49,309 bases of DNA. Source: Thermovirgaceae bacterium. GTDB taxonomy: Bacteria > Synergistota > Synergistia > Synergistales > Thermovirgaceae. The number at the start of each line of letters is the position of its first letter. The stretch's first letter is position 1. Position numbers and translations under genes: made by a program. The notes under the pieces were generated by a model. It saw nothing but the letters and a program-made list of their open reading frames with translations, had not been told where the DNA came from and did no database searches. This document shows positions 1 to 9,237 of the stretch, piece after piece. The stretch covers positions 1 to 49,309 of the forward strand of contig JBKHBH010000007.1 of NCBI GenBank assembly GCA_046542505.1, in the 5' to 3' direction.

Positions 1-6
1 AAATTC

Positions 7-1554
7 ATGAAAAGGGTTAGTATCCTCAACCACGTCATCGGCCCGGTCATGCGCGGCCCTTCGAGCTCCCACACCGCAGGCCCCTGGCGGATCGGCAGAA
101 TGGCCCGGGATCTTCTCGGAGAAGTTCCTGTGTCAGCGGCTTTCTTCTTTCACCCGGACAGTTCCCTCGCCGTCTGCTATCACGATCAGGGAAGCGATCT
201 TGCCTTCGTCACAGGTCTTCTGGGCATGGAACTGACGGATCCCGAATTTCCTGAAATTTTCGAGACGGCCTCCCGCCAGGGACTCGACATATCCTTCGGT
301 TTCCGGGATTTCCCCGAAGCCGACCACCCCAACAGCTCACTTCTTGAACTTGCCGGAAACCGCGGCGGGAGCCTGAGGCTGCATGCACGCTCTGTCGGGG
401 GAGGTTCAATTGAAATCGCTTCGCTGAACGGATTTCCAGTACTGATGACAGGCGACCGCTACGAAATGATCCTCGAAACTGAAAAAGGGAAAGCCGACAG
501 CATCCTTCCCCTTCTCAAACAATGGGATGAAAACGCCCGGACCCTGGAAACAGAAGGGCGGACCGCCTGCCTTTGCTCCTTTTTTTCGGAACCACCAGGA
601 GAGTTCCTTGAACAAGTCAAAAAACTGCCCGGCGCTGTCACCTTGAGTTTCGCCGCCCCGGTCATGCTGCCCCTCCGTGGAAAGGAACCCTTCGCCGACA
701 GCGAAGAACTGCTTCGGCAGGCTGAAGAATCGGGATTGTCCCTCGGTTGTTCAGCCCTCGCCTACGAAGCGGCAATTCTGGACCTTCCTCGGGAAAAACT
801 GCAGCAGGAGATGGATTTCCGGCTTTCCGTCATGCTTGATGCCGTCAAACGCGGCCTCAAGGAACGCAATTTGAGGATGAAACTTCTGACGCCCGAGGCC
901 GGTACTATTTACGAAGCGGAGTCGGAGGGGAAAATGTTTCTCGGCGGGCCCCACGCCCGGGCCGCCGTCAGGGCCATGGCCGCCATGCACGTAAACGGAG
1001 CTGGAGGGGTGGTCTGCTCCGCCCCCACTGGCGGGTCCGCAGGCGTCATCCCGGCCGTCGTCTCGACTCTTATGGAAGATTTCTGTCTCAGCCGCGAAAA
1101 GGCCCTGTCCTCTCTGTGGGCCGCCGGAGCGATAGGCCTTGCCCTGGACCGACGCAGCACCTTTGCCGCCGAGGTCGCCGGTTGCCAGGTGGAAATAGGC
1201 GCCGCCGGAGCCATGGGAGCCGCCGCAGTGGTGGAAGCTGCGGGCGGCTCGGCACGCCAGGCTTGTGATGCCGCCGCAATGGTCTTCCAGAACGTCATGG
1301 GTTCCGTGTGCGACCTTGTGCAGGGCATCGTGGAGATCCCCTGTCACAGCAGAAACGCGGCTCTGGCTTCCCAAGCTTTCCTGGCGGCGGACCTTGTTCT
1401 GGGCGGGTATCACAACCTGATCCCCCTGGACGAAACCATCGATGCCGTAGACAGCGTTGGCAGGATGCTGCCGCCGGAACTCCGATGCACCTCCAGGGGA
1501 GGCATCGCACTATGTCCATCAGCACTTCAGCTTCCCCGCCGGGACTTGCTTTAA
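7..1554 (+). CDS. sdaA: Fe-S dependent L-serine ammonia-lyase, fused beta(+ACT-like)-alpha form
   Basis: N-terminal IGPVMRGPSSSHTAG (SdhB-like); C-terminal APTGGSAGVIP, GCQVEIG, CD..GIVEIPC and LRCTSRGGIA (SdhA-like Cys ligands). Confidence 0.88.
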   Translation: MKRVSILNHVIGPVMRGPSSSHTAGPWRIGRMARDLLGEVPVSAAFFFHPDSSLAVCYHDQGSDLAFVTGLLGMELTDPEFPEIFETASRQGLDISFGFRDFPEADHPNSSLLELAGNRGGSLRLHARSVGGGSIEIASLNGFPVLMTGDRYEMILETEKGKADSILPLLKQWDENARTLETEGRTACLCSFFSEPPGEFLEQVKKLPGAVTLSFAAPVMLPLRGKEPFADSEELLRQAEESGLSLGCSALAYEAAILDLPREKLQQEMDFRLSVMLDAVKRGLKERNLRMKLLTPEAGTIYEAESEGKMFLGGPHARAAVRAMAAMHVNGAGGVVCSAPTGGSAGVIPAVVSTLMEDFCLSREKALSSLWAAGAIGLALDRRSTFAAEVAGCQVEIGAAGAMGAAAVVEAAGGSARQACDAAAMVFQNVMGSVCDLVQGIVEIPCHSRNAALASQAFLAADLVLGGYHNLIPLDETIDAVDSVGRMLPPELRCTSRGGIALCPSALQLPRRDLL

Positions 1555-1787
1555 CGACCTTTTCATCGTTATGAAATAACCGGCGAGACTTGCTGCCTCC
1601 AGCTTCGCCGTCCGGTTTTCCTGCTGAGAGTCATCAGGGGAAAACACCAAAAGGAGGGCCTTACACCGGCCATCACGGTATCCCGCGGATAAGCCTCCCC
1701 ACCGGGCCTACCTGTCAGGTTACCGACGGAACAGCGTGTATTGGTTATATACTGCTATTTTATCGACACCCTGGGGACGTTTTTGAA

Positions 1788-1816
1788 TTGCGCCTCCCGG
1801 GCACTCTCTCTATAAT
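1788..1816 (+). promoter_or_regulatory. sigma70-type promoter for the proline racemase-family gene
   Basis: TTGCGC-N17-TATAAT. Confidence 0.55.
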
Positions 1817-1938
1817 GAATACAAAAGATTGTAGTGGCCATCGTGAAAGTCTCAAGACTTCGCCTTTATGCTTTCGTGTCGCACCATCTTTTCGAATCGG
1901 GAGGCACCTGAAACCCACTTATCAAAGGAGGCCCACAA

Positions 1939-2949
1939 ATGGAAATTACACGGGCAACGGCTGTAGTCGACACCCACACCGGAGGTGAACCCACGAGGAT
2001 CATCCTTGGAGGCGGCCCCTGGCTACCCGGAAAAACCATGGGCGAAAAATGGGCCTACCTTAAAAACGACCTTCAGGATTTCAGGAATTTTGTCATGCAC
2101 GAGCCCCGCGGGCATTCGGACATGTTCGGTGCCTTTCTGACCCCTCCGGTGAGAGAGGATTCCCATTACGGGGTGCTGTTCATGGATTCCGGAGAAGGTG
2201 TCTCCATGTGCGGTCACGGATCCATCGGCACCGCGAACGCTCTCGTCGAACTAGGGATGGTCCCGAAGAAGGAGCCTGTCACGACGGTTGTCCTCGACAC
2301 CCCCGCTGGGCAGGTTGCCCTCGACGTTGAAGTACGGGATGGTATCGTGGGTGATGTCACTCTCGCAAACGTTCCGGCCTTCGTCTACGCCACTGACGTC
2401 GAAGTCGCCCTTCCCTCCCGCGGAGGGGAAAAAATCCGTCTCGACATCGCCTATGGGGGAAACTTCTTCGCCATTGTGCATGCCGAGGACCTCGGCTTCA
2501 CTCTCAATCGGCGGGAGGTTCCCGAATTGCTGAAAACGGGCCTGGAAATCCTCAGCGAGGTTAACAGGACTGTCACTGTAGAGCACCCGACGGAAAAACA
2601 CATCAACTCGGTAGGGCTCACCGAATTCAGCCTTGAGCGCGAGGGGGAACCGACGAAAAACTGCGTCCTTTTCGGTGAGAGCAATGTCGACAGGTCCCCC
2701 TGCGGGACGGGAACCTGCGCAAAGATGGCCATCCTCGCATCAAAGGGGAAACTGGCACCCGAAGAGACCTTCGAGCACGAAAGCGTAACGGGAAGCCTTT
2801 TCAAAGGATTCTACAAGGAAGGCCCCACTATCGGCAGGTACAAGACTATTCTTCCTTTTGTCAAGGGCAGGGCCAGCGTTACCGGCTTCAATTACCTCTT
2901 GCAGCAAAAGGACGATGAAATGGGAAGCGGTTTTTTGCTTCCGCGATGA
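1939..2949 (+). CDS. proline racemase / hydroxyproline 2-epimerase family protein
   Basis: DTHTGGEPTR, HEPRGH, catalytic MCGH and DRSPCGTGT motifs; AAGGAGG RBS. Confidence 0.92.
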   Translation: MEITRATAVVDTHTGGEPTRIILGGGPWLPGKTMGEKWAYLKNDLQDFRNFVMHEPRGHSDMFGAFLTPPVREDSHYGVLFMDSGEGVSMCGHGSIGTANALVELGMVPKKEPVTTVVLDTPAGQVALDVEVRDGIVGDVTLANVPAFVYATDVEVALPSRGGEKIRLDIAYGGNFFAIVHAEDLGFTLNRREVPELLKTGLEILSEVNRTVTVEHPTEKHINSVGLTEFSLEREGEPTKNCVLFGESNVDRSPCGTGTCAKMAILASKGKLAPEETFEHESVTGSLFKGFYKEGPTIGRYKTILPFVKGRASVTGFNYLLQQKDDEMGSGFLLPR

Positions 2950-2955
2950 ATCAGG

Positions 2956-2991
2956 ACAAGAAGGGGAGAGATTTTGCGCTCCCCTTCTTGT
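2956..2991. terminator. hairpin between convergent genes, probable bidirectional terminator
   Basis: ACAAGAAGGGGAG...CTCCCCTTCTTGT inverted repeat. Confidence 0.6.
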
Positions 2992-3009
2992 ATTGCTCTT
3001 TTCAGGCGA

Positions 3010-6000
3010 TCAAGGGATTTCGTAAGGGGCTCCCTGGCGAGTCGGATGTACGACATCCCCGAAAAGAGTGAGTCTCTCTCCCCTTTTCCCGTCGCAGCAG
3101 GAAATCCTGTTGACCCCGTTCGGGAGGATTTTTACGGCCTGCAGCGCAACACCGCTTCCCGAGATATCGAGAACCAGCGTTTCCCCCAGCCGAAAGACGA
3201 TGACTACAGCCTCCTCCCCGCTATATAACCTGTTCCTGGAGCTGCCTTTCGAGAATACCGTTGGAGGGCATTCATGAAGACGGCGACCCTGATCATCGAA
3301 AACGGACAGGTTCGAGAGACCTTCTTTCGACACAGCTGCGAGACCATAGTCCCCATACCCGGCAAGAAATCCCTGAAGAATTTCCTCAAGCCACATCCCT
3401 TCTTCCCTTTGTCCCCGGTAAAGGTCTTCCCCGTTTTCCTGCCTCCGCGACAACCCGACTAGACGGTCCATGAAGGCACCTCCCAGATGACAGAGGAAAT
3501 ACAATTTTGCATTGTCGCCCCTTTGGAGAAACTCTTTTCCATCGGGATCCGTCGGATCACCTCTCTTTGAGACAGCTGCCGGGGCTTTAGGTCTTTCGCC
3601 CTCACCCGGGGAATGCCTGTCTTCCAGCTTCGCAGTAAAGCGTTTTGTAAAGGCATCCCCAAGCACGGCTGCCGCTTCAGCGGGGTTTTCATCGCTGAAG
3701 AACCTCTCTGCTTTCGCCACGGCAAGACGTGCCTGTTCGTCGCGGAACATGGCGGAATAAAGGAGAATCAGCGGGACAATTCCGCTTGATTGAAGAACCT
3801 TTTCTCCCTGCCGGGGCCGAATCTCGAACACGCGGGTTTCCGTCTGGCCGAAGGATTTTCCCGGCAGGCCGTCATCTTTTTCGAAGGCCAGCCGGATTCG
3901 GAAGGTATAATCCCCCCAGAGCCACGGGATGAACCCGGGCAATTCCATGGTGCTGCGCGAACTGTCAGGCCTGAAATCCGAATAATCTCCGGCGAGAACC
4001 CACCCGGCTCCTTCTTTCCGCGCAAGGAGCCATTCCTCCGGCTGGAACGTCATGGCATCCTTCGGCAAATCGACACCCGGGAGTGCTTGTATCACCTTTT
4101 CGATAAGCCGGGTGTCTTCTTTTTCCAAGGGACTGGGGGTGAAGTCCACGGGCTCGATTTCGACCACCGGTGAAAGGCCGAAGGACTCGAGAAATCGTTC
4201 CATGTCAAGCTCCGGGTTGAGTCTGTCCGTCACCGTCACCTTCAGCGGAACATAACTTCCCGGGTAATCAGAAGGCTTCGTGCCCATACCTACTTCCGAG
4301 ACCACCGGCATGGCACCCACCCTGAAATCCACCGTGTCGTAAAGATCGCGCCCGGGGACCTCCACAATGACCGTTTCATCAAAAGGCATGTTCCGGGAGG
4401 AGGTACCGTCCCATTTGTAAAGTATGTTCTGCCACGTCCCGGGCTCGACTTCCAGTTTTACAGGTGCCTCTTTCCAGTCGCCGGAACCGATTCGAAAAAG
4501 GCCTTCGCCGCTTTTCGAGCGGAGGATGACCTCCCGGGCACCTCCTGCCACAGCATCGTTGCCGAAGACACGGAATCGAATCCGGTTCGGAAAGGATTCA
4601 TCTCCCGGGATAAGGTCGTGTTCGGCTTCCATTTCGATATACTCCCGATCCAGAATCCGGAATCCGATCACTTCCCGGAGTCCTGAAAGATCGTCCCTGA
4701 CGGCCAGCTCTACCATGTTCCCCGGGAAAGACTGGATTTCCTCTATTTCAGGAGAATGGAAAAGGACAACCGTTCGTCCATGGGGGTCGGTATCGATATA
4801 CAGGGTGCTTTCGTCTCCTCCCGTGACACGCGGCGAGAACAAGGATCCCAACATAGGTCTTTCAACGGCCAGCTCCGCACCCCCCACCGGGGAGCCCCCT
4901 TCCATCAGCCTGATATCTATCCTGTACGACATCCGCTCTCTGAAATCGCTCTCGCCGTTACCGTGTCCTGAAACCTCAAGAGCGAGCGTCCTCTCCGGTT
5001 TCCTGGAAACTCCCTCTTTCCGGGGGACATACTCCATGAAAGGTGATCCTCCGTAACGTTCCCTGACAGCAGAAACAAAAGCCCTCTCGATTCGTCCGGC
5101 AAGTTCACTGAAGACGTCCTCAGGCATGTCAAAAATCCCGGCGGGCTCAATTTCCAGCCTGTATCCAGCCCCCGGCACACATCCGGGGAAAAGGGCCAGC
5201 GTTAGACCGTTTTTGTGTTCTGCAATCCTCATCATCAGGCTTTTTTTCGACCAAATCAGTGGTTCGGCCTTCTCATCAGAGGCGAGGCCATTGAAAGGGA
5301 AATCCTGCCAGACCCCGTAAAGGGCCTGAGCCTCTTCTATACAGGGAGCATCATTATCGCCTTCATTCCAGGGATCCCTCTGTCTCAGGCGGATGTTCGT
5401 ACCGAGGCTGGAAAAAACCCCGGATTCTCCGAGCACCATGTCTCTGGAAGGTTCAAGGCGCACGTGCCGTTCGGTCCCGTCCTCTTCAATCCAATACCGA
5501 AAAAAAGGGTCGAGCTTCCTGCTGGCAATCCGGAGCAGTGCTTTTCGTTCCGCATGAAAGATATCGACAATTTTCTTTTCGATCCCGGCTTTTTGCCGGA
5601 TCAGCCGTGACCTGAAATCCTGATCGCCGGTCCACCCGGTATCAGCCCGTCCCAGCAAAAGTCCCAACATCGGCAGATCCCCCGCCGCGGCATATTTTTC
5701 CACCGCTTCTGCCAAAAGCGCGTTATAGGCCAAGACATCCTCTTTACGCTTCTTTTGTGTTTTCGAACCGGCTGAAAAATCCGGCGCAAAGAGGGCATCC
5801 TCCTTTTCGAGCATGTATTGCTTTCGGTGGGTTGTGCTGTTCATATCACGCCACATCAAGGGAAATATCTCTTCGAGGTAGCGACTTAGCATTGCTTTCG
5901 GGACATCACGGGCTGCAAGATGTTCGGCATCTTCCCCTTCGCCCGAAACCGAACCCGACCAGATAGCCCAGGCCCAATAGTCCACCGGCTCTTTTATCTG

Positions 6001-6309
6001 AAGCCGTCTTCTTTCCCTTACTCTTCTCTCAAAGGCATTCCTGAAATTGTCGCTGCCAAGGGCGCGCTGGAACCAGGACACCTCGATATGATGGATCCTC
6101 CGGAGTTCCTTCGGCCACTTTGAGGGATTTTCTCCATAGATGTCCACGAAGGCCTCCCGGACATCATGCACCGTAGGCATTATTTCTCTTGCGAAATAAA
6201 ACCCAAGAGGCTCTCCTCCAAACCCGAAGGCCGGTTCAAAAGCACTGCCTGCAAGCACAAGGGCCAAAACACCCCCCAAAAAACAAGAAAACCAGGAAAA
6301 ATGACGCAC
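3010..6309 (-). CDS. large (~1099 aa) exported hypothetical protein
   Basis: Long ORF; GGAGG RBS 8 nt before GTG at 6309; N-terminus MRHFSWFSCFLGGVLALVLAGSAFEPAFG resembles a signal peptide; no domain recognised. Confidence 0.75.
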   Translation of the reverse strand: MRHFSWFSCFLGGVLALVLAGSAFEPAFGFGGEPLGFYFAREIMPTVHDVREAFVDIYGENPSKWPKELRRIHHIEVSWFQRALGSDNFRNAFERRVRERRRLQIKEPVDYWAWAIWSGSVSGEGEDAEHLAARDVPKAMLSRYLEEIFPLMWRDMNSTTHRKQYMLEKEDALFAPDFSAGSKTQKKRKEDVLAYNALLAEAVEKYAAAGDLPMLGLLLGRADTGWTGDQDFRSRLIRQKAGIEKKIVDIFHAERKALLRIASRKLDPFFRYWIEEDGTERHVRLEPSRDMVLGESGVFSSLGTNIRLRQRDPWNEGDNDAPCIEEAQALYGVWQDFPFNGLASDEKAEPLIWSKKSLMMRIAEHKNGLTLALFPGCVPGAGYRLEIEPAGIFDMPEDVFSELAGRIERAFVSAVRERYGGSPFMEYVPRKEGVSRKPERTLALEVSGHGNGESDFRERMSYRIDIRLMEGGSPVGGAELAVERPMLGSLFSPRVTGGDESTLYIDTDPHGRTVVLFHSPEIEEIQSFPGNMVELAVRDDLSGLREVIGFRILDREYIEMEAEHDLIPGDESFPNRIRFRVFGNDAVAGGAREVILRSKSGEGLFRIGSGDWKEAPVKLEVEPGTWQNILYKWDGTSSRNMPFDETVIVEVPGRDLYDTVDFRVGAMPVVSEVGMGTKPSDYPGSYVPLKVTVTDRLNPELDMERFLESFGLSPVVEIEPVDFTPSPLEKEDTRLIEKVIQALPGVDLPKDAMTFQPEEWLLARKEGAGWVLAGDYSDFRPDSSRSTMELPGFIPWLWGDYTFRIRLAFEKDDGLPGKSFGQTETRVFEIRPRQGEKVLQSSGIVPLILLYSAMFRDEQARLAVAKAERFFSDENPAEAAAVLGDAFTKRFTAKLEDRHSPGEGERPKAPAAVSKRGDPTDPDGKEFLQRGDNAKLYFLCHLGGAFMDRLVGLSRRQENGEDLYRGQREEGMWLEEILQGFLAGYGDYGLAAVSKEGLSNLSVFDDQGRRLHECPPTVFSKGSSRNRLYSGEEAVVIVFRLGETLVLDISGSGVALQAVKILPNGVNRISCCDGKRGERLTLFGDVVHPTRQGAPYEIP

Positions 6310-6455
6310 GTGCACACCCTCCGTTTTATTTGATGAAAGTATACCAAAAGTCATCGCTGGAGACCGGAATACTTTTCCCAGTGGAACGGATTGTTTCGAA
6401 AACCGGTTCGTTCTGTGCCATAATTGTTCCGAAACCGGGAGGTGAACCGAAAGAA

Positions 6456-6848
6456 ATGGCCCTTTCAAAACGCAAACTTTGGAGGCTGAAAATATCCCTT
6501 CTGATAGTCATCGTGTTTGTAGTGTGCCTTGCCGCATTCTCTCTATTCATGACCAGGGTCAACGCCAAGATTGACGCCATAGAACTGGTCAAGTCCCAAT
6601 ACCTGCCGAAAGAACGTCGGGACAGTTTCGTTTCCGCCGTCAACAGGGAGGGAAAATTCAAGCTCCTGGGATGGGACATAAAACCCGCAGACGAAGAAGA
6701 TACCTTCATCGTAAGCTACAGGCTCAAACGGCTCGACGAAAAGGGTTTTGCCGAAGGTCCTGAAGAAGGGTTCTGGTATCGGGTCAATCTTCGGGGAAAC
6801 AGCTGCGAACAGGTTTTCCCTCCAGGAACTGTCACTCCCGAAGAGTAG
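6456..6848 (+). CDS. hypothetical single-pass membrane-anchored protein (130 aa)
   Basis: GGAGGTG RBS then ATG 6456; basic N-terminus followed by one hydrophobic helix. Confidence 0.7.
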   Translation: MALSKRKLWRLKISLLIVIVFVVCLAAFSLFMTRVNAKIDAIELVKSQYLPKERRDSFVSAVNREGKFKLLGWDIKPADEEDTFIVSYRLKRLDEKGFAEGPEEGFWYRVNLRGNSCEQVFPPGTVTPEE

Positions 6849-6902
6849 GCCTTGTTCCCCAGACAGCCTGAGGCGACGAAACCCAGATAAGGAGGAATTA
6901 TT

Positions 6903-7304
6903 ATGTACTATTTCAAGTTTCTGGCGCTGGTTTCCGGTATTCTGCTGATTACCGCCGCACCTTGCATGTTCATCCTCGACGAGCGATGGAAACGATTCGT
7001 CCTTGAGGTACTCTATCCCCCGCTTCAGCCTCTCTGGATCTGGGCGGCGGCGGCCGTCTCAGCTTTCATCGTGGTCATTACATGGTACATGGAGCTCACA
7101 ACCAGGGTGCCCTTTTCCTGGCTTCTGACCTTTTTCGTCTCCCTTTCAGTACCGAAAATGTACTTTCTCCTGTTCCGGTACGCCGACACCAGGAAAAAAC
7201 TCCTGCCTTTCATAGAAAACCAAAAGGTCTTTCCCATGGTCCCGGCTCTGATGTCATGGTGCCTGGGACTCGTCATCCTCGCATTGGGCGTTTTTTCCCT
7301 GTAA
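6903..7304 (+). CDS. hypothetical integral membrane protein (about 4 TM helices)
   Basis: AAGGAGGA RBS; four hydrophobic segments. Confidence 0.75.
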   Translation: MYYFKFLALVSGILLITAAPCMFILDERWKRFVLEVLYPPLQPLWIWAAAAVSAFIVVITWYMELTTRVPFSWLLTFFVSLSVPKMYFLLFRYADTRKKLLPFIENQKVFPMVPALMSWCLGLVILALGVFSL

Positions 7305-7321
7305 GGGGTGGCACCGAGACG

Positions 7322-7357
7322 AAGAAGGCGCCGGTCCCCTGGGATCGGCGCCTTCTT
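7322..7357. terminator. probable bidirectional intrinsic terminator
   Basis: AAGAAGGCGCCGGTCCC-CT-GGGATCGGCGCCTTCTT between convergent genes. Confidence 0.7.
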
Positions 7358-7378
7358 TCATTTAATTTCCCGTGACTT

Positions 7379-7393
7379 CCCGGAACCTCCGGG
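7379..7393 (-). promoter_or_regulatory. putative bacterial SECIS hairpin
   Basis: UGA + 11 nt + CCCGGA-GGU-UCCGGG; spacing and G/U loop resemble the E. coli fdhF SECIS. Confidence 0.55.
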
Positions 7394-7395
7394 GT

Positions 7396-7575
7396 CTATA
7401 TCCCTCAGGTGCTGCAGCCCGGTTCATCGTCACCGGCTCCGTGCACGAGGTTCTCCACCCAATTGCCCTCAAAATCGTCAATGAGGTCCCTGAAGGCCTC
7501 CATGTCATATTCGACAAAACACCGGAGATCCGATGTGCAGCTCAGGTTGCCCAGGATTTTTTCATCCTTTTTCAC
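7396..7575 (-). CDS. small acidic putative selenoprotein with C-terminal CxxU (59 aa with Sec; 56 aa if UGA is the stop)
   Basis: GGGAGGGA RBS, GTG 7575; MKKDEKILGNLSCTSDLRCFVEYDMEAFRDLIDDFEGNWVENLVHGAGDDEPGCST-U(TGA 7407-7405)-GI-TAG; SECIS-like hairpin downstream. Confidence 0.65.
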
Positions 7576-7779
7576 TCTTATCCCTCCCGATCCAGGTTCC
7601 CTGAAAATTTCGAACCCGGCGTATCACGCCTGTCTTGTCATTATAGTAACACGCCAAGCCGTTGTGTGCAGCAGGCAAAATCAAATCTCGCATACAACAC
7701 CGACTTTTCGCACTATTCCAATTTATGATATATTTGGAATGTTTTTGGGCAAAACCGTATTGAAGGGAGTGATCCATTC

Positions 7780-7965
7780 GTGCCGAAGATTACCTTCCCT
7801 CACGCAGGACACGAAAATCATCTTTGCTACCTTCACAACCTCGGCCTTCTTGAAGCAGATCTGGACCATTACAAGGACCTCGTACAAGGGGCGCAGTTCA
7901 TCTGCAAGAAATGCGGCCGTGCTGCGAAAAGCGCAAACAGCCTCTGCGCGCCCGAAAAACTCTAG
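7780..7965 (+). CDS. small putative metal (Zn)-binding protein, 61 aa
   Basis: AAGGGAG RBS, GTG start; HxxHxC...CKKC...C ligand pattern; hairpin follows the stop. Confidence 0.7.
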   Translation: MPKITFPHAGHENHLCYLHNLGLLEADLDHYKDLVQGAQFICKKCGRAAKSANSLCAPEKL

Positions 7966-7975
7966 CCTGCCGGTG

Positions 7976-8024
7976 AAAGGAACCCATCCCGGGCACAGTG
8001 AACCTCCCGGGATGGGTTCCTTTT
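7976..8024 (+). terminator. intrinsic terminator-like hairpin
   Basis: AAAGGAACCCATCCCGGG...CCCGGGATGGGTTCCTTTT. Confidence 0.6.
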
Positions 8025-8043
8025 ACCCCGGGAATCTTCAACA

Positions 8044-9237
8044 ATGGAAACAATCATGAAGCTGCCTCCCTTTCAGGAGCTTCCGGCAAAACTGGCCGCC
8101 TCGCTCGAAGAACTCGCCCCTGAAGCCTGCCATTTAAGCGACTTTCTCGCTTCCCGCCCGGAGCCCTCTGGCGGGGAGCGTGTGGCATGCGCTGTCCACG
8201 CTGATTTCCTCCGACGACACGGCTTCAACACGAAAACGGAAATTTGCGGCTTCGAGACAGCTTTTTGCGCCGGGGGAAAATGGGGAAACGGGGATCCCGC
8301 AGTGACATTGCTTGCGGAATATGACGCCCTGCCGGGGATAGGCCATGGCTGCGGCCATAACCTTGCGGGAGCCATGACCTCTTTGGCTGCTGCAACAATC
8401 CTGCGTTGCAGGGAGTTCGAAAACGCAGAGCTGCGGGTTCTCGGAACTCCCTGCGAGGAAACCGGTGATGCCAAGGCTGCCATGACGGATCAGGGAGTCT
8501 TCGACGACACTGAAATTGCGCTGATGATCCATCCCGCACCCGGCTTTAGCACGGTTTCGTTCCGCTCTGTCGCCCATTCCGTCCGGGAGGTCGCTTTCCG
8601 TAAGCCCTCCGCTCGGGCCGATGTCAATGAAACCAGCCTCCTGCCGATGGAAGCCCTTGACAGCTTCCGGCTCAAGCTGCTTTCCTTCCATGATGAAAGC
8701 TGCCCTGCCGCGGTATCGCCGGCGTGTTTCGAAAACGGCGTTGAATCCTTTTCGGCACCAGGCCTTGCCAAATGCAGATTTGCCTTCTTTTCCGCCCGCC
8801 GCAACTTTCTCGATAACTTTCTGGAAAAGGTTCACGAGATGGCTGCCGGCGAAAGCAAGCGCCTTGGTCTTCTTCATTCGTGGAAAGCTGTTGACGCTGA
8901 TCTGTCGGAATTCTTGCCGAACAAGGCCGCAGAAAGGCACATGCAGAAAATCTTCGGCAAACTGGGGCTTTCTCAAGCTCCATCCCCGATGCTTCACGGT
9001 TCGGCGGATGTTGGAAACGTCAGCCGGGCTTGTCCTGTTGTTCACCCCATGCTCGATGTGACGGGGGAAAAGCTTCCCTGGCATTCACTGGAATTCGCCG
9101 AGGCCACGACCCGTCCTAAAGCCCATGAAGCCCTTGTCCTCGGAGCCGCCGCACTGACCCTTTTCGTTACGGAGTTCGCCCTTTCAAAGTCTTTCAGGCA
9201 GGCCGTGAGCGAAGAACACAGATCAAGGCGCAGTTGA
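8044..9237 (+). CDS. M20D/AbgB-like amidohydrolase (divergent)
   Basis: LAEYDALPGIGHGCGHN, GTPCEE, MIHP, GSADVGNVS and C-terminal H metal-ligand motifs. Confidence 0.85.
   Translation: METIMKLPPFQELPAKLAASLEELAPEACHLSDFLASRPEPSGGERVACAVHADFLRRHGFNTKTEICGFETAFCAGGKWGNGDPAVTLLAEYDALPGIGHGCGHNLAGAMTSLAAATILRCREFENAELRVLGTPCEETGDAKAAMTDQGVFDDTEIALMIHPAPGFSTVSFRSVAHSVREVAFRKPSARADVNETSLLPMEALDSFRLKLLSFHDESCPAAVSPACFENGVESFSAPGLAKCRFAFFSARRNFLDNFLEKVHEMAAGESKRLGLLHSWKAVDADLSEFLPNKAAERHMQKIFGKLGLSQAPSPMLHGSADVGNVSRACPVVHPMLDVTGEKLPWHSLEFAEATTRPKAHEALVLGAAALTLFVTEFALSKSFRQAVSEEHRSRRS

Noticed and set aside
1625..1736. Glycine riboswitch (+) or hammerhead ribozyme (CTGATGA...GAAA on -)
   Set aside because: The glycine core CCGAAG and CTCTCAGG are not intact; the hammerhead stem II lacks the G-C closing pair and the region folds better as a simple hairpin
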